From positions 11,883-75,882 of the forward strand of contig JAPLLY010000049.1 of NCBI GenBank assembly GCA_026387315.1: DNA of 64,000 bases, written 5' to 3'. The notes below the pieces were generated by a model. It worked only from the letters and a program-made list of their open reading frames with translations. It was not told the DNA's origin and did no database searches. Source of the stretch: Candidatus Omnitrophota bacterium (GTDB lineage Bacteria; Omnitrophota; Gorgyraeia; Gygaellales; Profunditerraquicolaceae). The translations under genes were made by a program, and so were the position numbers. Below are positions 8,242 through 14,973 of this stretch, in pieces (the stretch's first letter is position 1; each line of letters begins with the position of its first letter).

Positions 8242-8484
8242 ATGAATTTAGCTTTAAAAATACCCGCGTTTAGCGTGAAATTATTTTTGTGGTTGTCTCT
8301 TCCATTCAGTGATGATAATTTCGTGGTGGTTTGTAAAGGATACGGTGACGATTGGGATTATTATACCGGTTTATATTGGTATGAGGATAAAGATTTGGAA
8401 ACATGCTGGTATGAGGATTATCAAATTTGGTTATCCATAAATAAATCTTTTATCAAGAAATATTTATGGACGAAAATAAAGTAA
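8242..8484 (+). CDS. hypothetical W/Y/D-rich small protein
   Basis: 80-aa ORF 16 nt after the DpnI-like stop. No recognisable family. It occupies the position that dpnD holds in the pneumococcal DpnI cassette. Confidence 0.4.
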   Translation: MNLALKIPAFSVKLFLWLSLPFSDDNFVVVCKGYGDDWDYYTGLYWYEDKDLETCWYEDYQIWLSINKSFIKKYLWTKIK

Positions 8485-8564
8485 ATAAAAAAATATTATG
8501 TAATGAAAATGCGTTATTACCGCCATTGCTTAGCAATTTTATAGACTAGAGGGAAAGGGAAATT

Positions 8565-8726
8565 ATGGAAGATATTATTTGTCCTAAATGTAACGATGTG
8601 ATTAGGCCTGATAATGATTGGGATTTTATGGATGGTGAAAAACGTAAAATATCTTGTTTTTGTGGGCATAAATTCGTAGTTATTATCGAGCGGCCGATTG
8701 AATACTATATACTAGAGTCGGCATAG
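8565..8726 (+). CDS. 53-aa zinc-ribbon protein (not in the ORF track, below the size cut-off)
   Basis: ATG preceded by GGGAAAGGGA. Translation MEDIICPKCNDV...ISCFCGHKFVVIIERPIEYYILESA has CxxC...CxC. A paralogous 3' fragment lies at 9704-9779. Confidence 0.45.
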   Translation: MEDIICPKCNDVIRPDNDWDFMDGEKRKISCFCGHKFVVIIERPIEYYILESA

Positions 8727-8801
8727 TAGAAAGCTTTGTCTGTAAATTTTTAAAAATAGAAACGTTCAGAATTTAAATCTAAGTCTCTGAGAGGTAATAC
8801 A

Positions 8802-9668
8802 ATGTCATTTTCAGAAAACATTAAATTACAAGTAAAAGAAAAAGCTGCTTTTCGTTGTTGTAGGTGTCAGAATATAGGCATAGATGTTCATCATATTACT
8901 CCAGAAAAAGATGACGGACTCGATGATATTAGTAATGCAGCTCCTTTATGTCAGAATTGCCATGATCAATTTGGCGACAATCCTTCGAAACGAAAAGAGA
9001 TGGTTCAGATGAGGGATTGGTGGTATAAAAAATGCGAAATCAAATATTCAGCGCAGGATGTTATGTTGATGAGAGAAATGGTTTCAAAATTGGAAGAGAT
9101 TAAACATGGTAGCCAATCAGGAATTAATGAGTTAAAGCAAATTTTGAGAAATATACACAACAAAACTACTGATAAAGTAATTGATAAGCTATCTCGAGAA
9201 ACTGCTGATGCTACTGCTTCTGCAATAGTAAATAGCATTGATGCGATAGAACTTAGTCAGAAGCCATTCTTCTACGTTTATTACCTAGAAGAAGATTATT
9301 CATATCAAACTTCCATGAAAGGTAGAAACTTTAAAAATAAATGGTTTACATTGGAAGAAGATGGAAAAATGACAATAAAAAAAGGCTATGTATGGGATGG
9401 GTGCCCTCCAAAATATAAGATACGTGATCTTTATATCGGATTACAAGAAGGCTGTATAAATTTTGAAACAGGGAAAAGCAAAACTTATTATGCGTCTTTA
9501 GTTCACGATGTCTTTTATCAATTTAGCGTAGACATTAGATCGCTTGTTAGCCGTGGGGATGTCGACTACGAATTTTATTTACTGCTAAAGAGAGATAAAT
9601 TTACTTTCGCAGCACTTTATTACTTTAACGTACGATTATTTGGCTGGGTATGGTGGAATAGGAATTAA
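8802..9668 (+). CDS. HNH endonuclease fused to a C-terminal domain resembling DUF1353
   Basis: The N-terminus CCRCQNIGIDVHHITPEKDDGLDDISNAAPLCQNCHDQF is an HNH motif. The C-terminal GYVWDGCPP...SLVHDVFYQ resembles DUF1353; that assignment is tentative. Confidence 0.8.
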   Translation: MSFSENIKLQVKEKAAFRCCRCQNIGIDVHHITPEKDDGLDDISNAAPLCQNCHDQFGDNPSKRKEMVQMRDWWYKKCEIKYSAQDVMLMREMVSKLEEIKHGSQSGINELKQILRNIHNKTTDKVIDKLSRETADATASAIVNSIDAIELSQKPFFYVYYLEEDYSYQTSMKGRNFKNKWFTLEEDGKMTIKKGYVWDGCPPKYKIRDLYIGLQEGCINFETGKSKTYYASLVHDVFYQFSVDIRSLVSRGDVDYEFYLLLKRDKFTFAALYYFNVRLFGWVWWNRN

Positions 9669-9703
9669 GTATAGTGTTCCCTAATTTCCCTGATTTCAAA
9701 GTA

Positions 9704-9779
9704 ACTTGTTCCTGTGTGACATCAATTCTTAGTTATCATAGAGAGGCCGATTGAGTATTACGTGTCAGAGGCAAATTAG
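9704..9779 (+). pseudogene. frameshifted 3' remnant of a paralog of the 8565-8726 zinc-ribbon gene
   Basis: It reads ..TCSC then, after a 1-nt shift, HQFLVIIERPIEYYVSEAN*. The intact copy reads SCFCGHKFVVIIERPIEYYILESA*. Confidence 0.5.
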
Positions 9780-9856
9780 AAAAAAATAACGGTTGTTTTT
9801 TTTTGCATGCAGCGGCCGGAATCGCTGTGTAGGAAAGAATTGTTTTAGTAATTTGC

Positions 9857-10069
9857 GTGGAGACAAAAATGAAGATAAATAAATGTACGGAATGCGGGGG
9901 CGAAGACTTTTTTATTGAAGAAATGATTATTCATAAAGCTTCTCTTTATGCAGAAGATAAAGAATTGACCGTTTACAAAGAACAGACGTCCGGAATAGAA
10001 AGAATATATTGCACAAATTGTGATACAGAGTATTCGGAAGACGATTTTAAAAAAATAAATTTCAGATAG
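9857..10069 (+). CDS. small zinc-ribbon protein
   Basis: KCTECGG ... YCTNCD pairs of cysteines. An ATG at 9869 after GGAG is an alternative start. Confidence 0.5.
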   Translation: METKMKINKCTECGGEDFFIEEMIIHKASLYAEDKELTVYKEQTSGIERIYCTNCDTEYSEDDFKKINFR

Positions 10070-10129
10070 TGCTAATAATTCCGAGAGCTATTCCGGAGAT
10101 ATGCTACATAATTATTAGATCGATCTTTA

Positions 10130-10440
10130 GAACTAAGTAATGAGCGTCCGCTGAATGAATCGGGATAAGTCAGATAAGCAGACGCTTTCGCGCGCCAAGA
10201 TAAGCTCTTTGTAATCTAGCTGATTGAGATGTATCAGCCACAGCAATTTCCTGTTTAGCTGTGTAGCCTGGAGTGAGGATAAAGGAGCAATCCTTAAGCC
10301 TAAGCCACTCAACAAACCCGCCTTGCAAACCCGCCTTGGGCGGGGAGGCAAATCAGCAGACCGTAATGTGAATGAACCCGGATGTAGCCTCGTCACTCTA
10401 ATAAGTAGAGATGACCTCTTGAAAGTGGAGGGAAATCTAA
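10130..10440. other. GC-richer non-coding block with multiple short hairpins (candidate structured RNA or decayed gene)
   Basis: Hairpins seen: GCTGAT-8-ATCAGC, CACAGC-12-GCTGTG, CCCGCC-TTG-GGCGGG. Tandem AAACCCGCCTTG x2 (10314-10339). The only ORFs are low-complexity and overlap on both strands. Confidence 0.2.
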
Positions 10441-10876
10441 TAACTACTCTTTAAGGTAACAGGAAAACATAAGAATGGTTCTACTCGGGGTAGCAGGGAC
10501 GGTATGCTGGAAAAGATTAAAAAGGGAACTTGGGAGAGCCATTATAGCACAAGACATCTTCATATAAGGCAAAAACCGAAGTTGAGGAAATATTTAAAGA
10601 GATATTAGAGGTTACTCTTTCTCGTCAAGATAATAAAAGATAGCTTTTGGTGTTTTTTCTTTTTTTTAACGCGTTGATGATGGTTGGACTGAGCGTTCCA
10701 AGCTCAATAGAGGAAGAAGAAGAAACATTGACAAATAGTGATTTTTTGTATAACCTGTTATTTTTTAGGTAGACATTGGTTTTTATAAGCGGTTTTTCTC
10801 TCATAAAAAAAGTATATCATAATTTTAATATAAAACAAGGGCAATAAATAGAAACGGTCACTAGCTTTATTGAACC

Positions 10877-10893
10877 GTCGACAGTTTGTCGAC
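10877..10893. promoter_or_regulatory. perfect 7-3-7 inverted repeat GTCGACA-GTT-TGTCGAC upstream of the PLD gene
   Basis: Located 31 nt upstream of ATG 10924. Candidate operator. Confidence 0.3.
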
Positions 10894-10923
10894 AACTGAA
10901 ATTACTTTATAAATAACCAAAAA

Positions 10924-12516
10924 ATGAGACAACGTTGTTTTAAAATAGTATTTTTTATTATCCTTGCTTTGGCGTGTACAGCGAGTGCGGGGATTTTTTA
11001 TTGTTATGCTGAAGCTGTAAAAACACAGGGACAGTCCCCTGCGGGGACAGTCCCTGTTATGGGGACGCAGGCATTCGTTGAAGACTTAAGCGGGGATAAG
11101 TATTTTCCTGGGGTTAAAGAGGCTTTAGCAAAGGCGAAAAGCTCGATATATATGATGATGTATCTTGTAAATTTTGATGAAAAATCAAAGAAGTCTTTGG
11201 TTAATCAACTAGTTGATGAATTAGTTAACGCGAATAAACGGGGAGTCAAGGTAAAGGTAATCCTGGACCAGAATATTAGTTATATTAATTTGGGAAAGGG
11301 AAATGGTGAATGGGAGAGGGAAGAGAAAAATGAACCCTTGTTTTTATACCTAAAGAAGAATGGGATAGAGGTGTATTATGATAATCTTTTTATAACTACT
11401 CATAGTAAGGTTATGATTATTGATGAAGAAACAGTGATTTTGGGGAGCGCCAACTGGACGATGTCTTCTTTGAAAAGGAATTGGGAGGGGTCTTGTCTAA
11501 TCAGATCTAAAGAACTAGCCAAAGAATTCCTAAAAGATTCTGCTTCGATCTCCATAGATTATGAGGCAAGTATTCTTGACGAAGAAAGAAAGCCGCCGGT
11601 GCTGTTGAATCAGTATCTACTAAGGACTCCATCTTTAGTTCCCCATATGCTTACGAGTAATGATAAAGGGGCGTTTGATGTATATATGCTCTTATTGCGA
11701 AACTATGATAGTAATGCAGAAGGGAAGGTAGAAGTTGATTATAAGGTTTTTAGCCAGGAATTAGGTTATGATAAAAAATTGACTTATCGTTCAGCCAGTA
11801 AGAAAATAATGGGGGCTTTAGCGCGGCTTGAGCAGAGATATCAGCTTATTCTGCGTCAGAAGAGGCCCGCAAAAGGCCCTAATGTAATATTATTGGATTA
11901 TCCTAATAAAAGTCCGTATGTTTTATCTCGGGATGAGTATTTTTCTATTCCGGATGAATATTGGAAATATGGCTGGAATAAGAAGTTTTTATTTCGGGAG
12001 AGCTATTGTTATTTTATCGCGCGCTGTAAAGCAGGCGGCGTGAAAGGGCATATTTGGCGCGAGCATATAATCGGCTTAAGTAAGGAGTTTAATATAAACA
12101 GGAATACGATAGCAACGGGGATGCAATCTTTAAGAATGCTAAATATAATCGAGATTGACTATGCTCCCTATCTTCCTGAGGAAAATTTTAGGCATAGGGA
12201 AGCAAGTTTATTTAAATTGTTTAGGCTTTATTCTCCGGAGATTTTAGAAAAGGATAAGCAGAGGGTGAGAGAGTTATATGGTAAGAGCCGTTTTGAAGAA
12301 GCTGAAAGATTCGCCAAGATAGTTTTTAAAGGTAATGATACTCAAGTCATTGAAGATATTATCAAGAAAATAGATGAATATGGCGCTAAGCAGGTTAAGG
12401 ATGCTTTTAAGACTGTTTCTTTGAAGTCCATAGATAATCCGAAAAGAAGTTACAAATATGTAGTGGGGGTGCTTCAGAGTAGAGCTGAGGAAGCGGAAAA
12501 GGAGGAGTTAAGATGA
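10924..12516 (+). CDS. single-HKD phospholipase-D-family nuclease fused to two winged-helix-like modules and a DnaD-like C-terminus
   Basis: N-terminal hydrophobic anchor or signal (FKIVFFIILALACTASA). HKD motif HSKVMIIDEETVILGSANWT. Central and C-terminal replication-initiator-like wHTH segments (GLSKEFNINRNTIATGMQSLRMLNIIEI). The tail NPKRSYKYVVGVLQS resembles the DnaD/DnaB_2 motif. Confidence 0.75.
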   Translation: MRQRCFKIVFFIILALACTASAGIFYCYAEAVKTQGQSPAGTVPVMGTQAFVEDLSGDKYFPGVKEALAKAKSSIYMMMYLVNFDEKSKKSLVNQLVDELVNANKRGVKVKVILDQNISYINLGKGNGEWEREEKNEPLFLYLKKNGIEVYYDNLFITTHSKVMIIDEETVILGSANWTMSSLKRNWEGSCLIRSKELAKEFLKDSASISIDYEASILDEERKPPVLLNQYLLRTPSLVPHMLTSNDKGAFDVYMLLLRNYDSNAEGKVEVDYKVFSQELGYDKKLTYRSASKKIMGALARLEQRYQLILRQKRPAKGPNVILLDYPNKSPYVLSRDEYFSIPDEYWKYGWNKKFLFRESYCYFIARCKAGGVKGHIWREHIIGLSKEFNINRNTIATGMQSLRMLNIIEIDYAPYLPEENFRHREASLFKLFRLYSPEILEKDKQRVRELYGKSRFEEAERFAKIVFKGNDTQVIEDIIKKIDEYGAKQVKDAFKTVSLKSIDNPKRSYKYVVGVLQSRAEEAEKEELR

Positions 12517-12857
12517 TGCAATTTTTGGTCAGGTGGGGAATTGGCGCGTTGTCGATTTTTATTGTCGCGCACATTGTCAGGGGTATCGAGGTTTCCAGCA
12601 CCGCTACTGTCCTGGTGATTGCTCTGGTCTTGGGGATTATTAACGCTTTCTTGAGGCCTTTGATTATTCTGATTACTCTGCCGATTAATATCGTTACTTT
12701 AGGGGTATTTACCCTTTTTATCAACGGCGCTCTTTTTCTTCTGGTGTCTAAAATTGTCAAAGGCTTCGTGATTACGGGTTTCTGGCCGGCTTTTTGGGGC
12801 TATATCCTTTTCAGCATTATTAGTTTCTTGTTAAGCCTTTTAGTTGTTTCTGTTTAA
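12513..12857 (+). CDS. phage-holin-IV/DUF360-like four-TM membrane protein
   Basis: 114 aa with four hydrophobic helices. GIINAFLRPLIILITLPINIVTLGVFTLFINGALFLLVS is typical of this family. The ATG overlaps the PLD-gene TGA (ATGA at 12513-12516). Confidence 0.7.
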   Translation: MMQFLVRWGIGALSIFIVAHIVRGIEVSSTATVLVIALVLGIINAFLRPLIILITLPINIVTLGVFTLFINGALFLLVSKIVKGFVITGFWPAFWGYILFSIISFLLSLLVVSV

Positions 12858-12883
12858 ACCTAGGGAACGTTTTGGGTTATTTT

Positions 12884-12927
12884 AGATTCTTCGCCCGCCA
12901 CAGAATTAATGGCGGGCTCAGAATGAC
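12884..12927 (-). repeat. family-D nested hairpin (GTCATTCTGAG...-type, reverse orientation)
   Basis: ATTCT...AGAAT outer stem around a GCCCGCCA-9 nt-TGGCGGGC inner stem. Confidence 0.6.
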
Positions 12928-12936
12928 GAAAGGGAA

Positions 12937-13689
12937 ATGTCTAAATATTACACTGGCAGAAAAACCAAAAATTTATTTGATCCTCACAGTAAATTCCCCT
13001 TTAGGTTAAGCCGTTCTAAAATCGAACTATTCATGAATTGCCCGCGGTGCTTCTACTTGGATAGAAGATTAGGGGTGGGGCAGCCGCCAGGGTATCCGTT
13101 TACTTTAAACTCCGCGGTAGATAAATTGTTGAAGAAAGAATTTGATATCTATAGAGAAAAGCAGGCAGTCCATCCGCTTATGGAAAAGAATGGCATTAAG
13201 GCGGTTCCTTTTAGACACGAAAAGCTTAATTCTTGGCGGGATGCTCTGCATGGCGGGATAGAGTATTTACACGCGCCGACAAATCTTTTATTTTCAGGCG
13301 GAATAGATGATCTCTGGGTTTCAGCGGATGGCCAGCTATTTATCGTGGATTACAAGAGCACTTCCAAGGAAGAAGAGGTCAATATTGACGCGGATTGGCA
13401 GATCTCCTATAAGAGGCAGATGGAGATATACCAGTGGTTGTTCAGGAGAAATGTTTTTGTTGTGTCTTCAACGGGTTATTTTGTGTACTGTAACGGATTG
13501 ACCGATAGGGATGAATTTGGGGCTAAGCTGGATTTTAATATCAAGATCATACCTTATATTGGGGATGACAGTTGGATAGAGGGTACAATATTAGATCTAC
13601 ATAAGTGTTTAATGAGCGATATAGTTCCGGTAAGCGGCCAGGATTGCGATTTTTGTAAGTATGCCCAGGGAAGAAAAAGTGTGGAGTAA
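12937..13689 (+). CDS. Cas4-like PD-(D/E)XK nuclease with predicted Fe-S cysteines
   Basis: GGIDDLWV...FIVDYKST (D..D/ExK) and QMEIYQWL (QxxxY). Cys pairs CPRC near the N-terminus and CDFC at the C-terminus. Confidence 0.75.
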   Translation: MSKYYTGRKTKNLFDPHSKFPFRLSRSKIELFMNCPRCFYLDRRLGVGQPPGYPFTLNSAVDKLLKKEFDIYREKQAVHPLMEKNGIKAVPFRHEKLNSWRDALHGGIEYLHAPTNLLFSGGIDDLWVSADGQLFIVDYKSTSKEEEVNIDADWQISYKRQMEIYQWLFRRNVFVVSSTGYFVYCNGLTDRDEFGAKLDFNIKIIPYIGDDSWIEGTILDLHKCLMSDIVPVSGQDCDFCKYAQGRKSVE

Positions 13690-13737
13690 AGAGAAGGCCG
13701 CCTGGCACATTGTTTTTTTATCTAATGGGGGTAAGAT

Positions 13738-14091
13738 ATGTTTGAACTAAAACACCAAAAAATAGCTCCGGCTCCGGTATTCATAAAAAGGTTATTTATA
13801 TTTATTGGAATTGCCATTCTTTTGATCCTATTCGCTTTGTTTATTGGTATCGCCGGATATCATTGGATCGCTGGTTTTAGTTGGGTTGACGCGTTACTAA
13901 ACGCGTCAATGATCTTAGGCGGCATGGGCCCGGTTAATCCGCTGGTTAACGCCGGCGCGAAAATATTTGCCTCCGTATACGCTCTTTTTAGCGGCCTGGT
14001 ATTTATCGCGGTAATGGGAATTGTTTTTTCGCCAATTGTGCACAGAATGCTGCATAAATTTCATATCGATGACAGAGATTTACAGAAATAA
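13738..14091 (+). CDS. small 2-TM pore-loop (ion-channel-like) membrane protein
   Basis: TM1, then FSWVDALLNASMILGGMGPVNP, then TM2. This mirrors a K+-channel pore module, but the filter is MILGGMGPV instead of TVGYGD. Confidence 0.5.
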   Translation: MFELKHQKIAPAPVFIKRLFIFIGIAILLILFALFIGIAGYHWIAGFSWVDALLNASMILGGMGPVNPLVNAGAKIFASVYALFSGLVFIAVMGIVFSPIVHRMLHKFHIDDRDLQK

Positions 14092-14094
14092 TAA

Positions 14095-14233
14095 AGATAC
14101 CGCTCAAAAACTTGCGGCGCATATTAAAAAACTGGGGCAGTGCCGGAAGTGCCGGGGTATGTATCCTCCGGTGGTCAGCGGCGGCGCGGTGGTGTTAGTG
14201 CAGGCGCCTCATCGGAATTCCGGGGGCAGCTGA
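14095..14233 (+). pseudogene. possible decayed N-terminal fragment of a family-4 uracil-DNA glycosylase
   Basis: LAAHIKKLGQCRKCRGMYPPVVSGG..LVQAPHRNSGG loosely follows the UDG4 pattern CxxCxL...VxGxG...VGExPGxxEDxxG. It has no start codon of its own and is truncated. Confidence 0.25.
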
Positions 14234-14239
14234 TTAGAA

Positions 14240-14299
14240 TGGAAACTGTTTGATTGGAAACCGTTTGATTGTTGATTGTGCGCGGTTAAGTGGTATAAT
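14240..14299 (+). promoter_or_regulatory. tandem 15-mers plus extended -10 promoter upstream of azoR
   Basis: TGGAAACTGTTTGAT (14240-14254) and TGGAAACCGTTTGAT (14255-14269), then TTGATT (14272-14277), 16 nt, and TGgTATAAT (14291-14299). Confidence 0.4.
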
Positions 14300-14338
14300 A
14301 ATTTTAAAAATTAAGGCTATAGAGAGACGGAGGCAGGC

Positions 14339-14959
14339 ATGAAAAAACTTTTGCATATTATTGCCACGCCGCGCGCGGAGGAATCGCGCACATTGCAAGT
14401 ATCAGAGGCCTTCCTTAAAACTTTTAAGGAAAAACATTTGGATTGGGTTATTGATGAGCTGGATCTCTCTAAAGAAGAATTGCCTTCTCTTACCGTAAAG
14501 CGTTTAGATGGTAAATACATGCTTGCGGGAGGAAAAGACCTTAATGGAGAAATGAAAGAGGCTTGGCAGGAGATTGTCGTCCAGATCGAGCGGTTTATGT
14601 CGGCGGACGCCTACCTTATCAGTACTCCGATGTGGAATTTTAGTATTCCTCACAGATTAAAGCATTATCTGGATGTAATTTTACAGCCCAAATACCTGTT
14701 TCGTTATACGCCGACGGGAGTTGAGGGATTGGTGAAGAATAAAAAGCTAGTGGTAATCACCAGCCGTGGCGGCGACTATACAGATACCATGCGCAGCGCT
14801 GATTTTCAAGAGCCATATCTTCGGTTTGTTTTTGGTTTCATGGGTATTCAAGATATTACTTTTATTAATGCGCAACCCATGGATATGGGAGAGCCAGTGC
14901 AGGCGCAAAAAATAAAAGAAGCGCAAGAGGCGGCAAAAAAGATCGCCGCGCGATTGTAA
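14339..14959 (+). CDS. azoR: FMN-dependent NADH-azoreductase
   Basis: 206 aa. Flavodoxin-like N-terminus KKLLHIIATPRAEESRT, with PMWNFSIP and SRGG motifs. Confidence 0.85.
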   Translation: MKKLLHIIATPRAEESRTLQVSEAFLKTFKEKHLDWVIDELDLSKEELPSLTVKRLDGKYMLAGGKDLNGEMKEAWQEIVVQIERFMSADAYLISTPMWNFSIPHRLKHYLDVILQPKYLFRYTPTGVEGLVKNKKLVVITSRGGDYTDTMRSADFQEPYLRFVFGFMGIQDITFINAQPMDMGEPVQAQKIKEAQEAAKKIAARL

Positions 14960-14973
14960 AACCAGGGGGAGCA

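Noticed and set aside
10133-10454. ORFs 10133-10396 (-) and 10224-10454 (+) as real genes
   Set aside because: They overlap each other on opposite strands and are rich in Arg/Leu/Ser/Pro. They have no SD or family signature and coincide with a hairpin-dense GC-rich block. This is more consistent with RNA, DNA structure or decay.
10130-10560. Known RNA families (tmRNA, RNase P, SRP/4.5S, 6S, group II intron domain V, HEARO/omega-like RNA next to the HNH gene)
   Set aside because: I could not find the diagnostic strings: the GGGG...tag ORF...TCCACCA end of tmRNA, GAGGAAAGTCC for RNase P, GGAAGCAGCC for SRP, or GTGCG with a domain V AGC...GAAA helix. There is also no IscB/TnpB-size protein adjacent.
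6466-13689. Interpretation of the island as an intact prophage
   Set aside because: There are no capsid, portal, terminase, tail or integrase genes. Only regulator-, replication- and holin-like pieces are present. At most it is a decayed element or a defence island.
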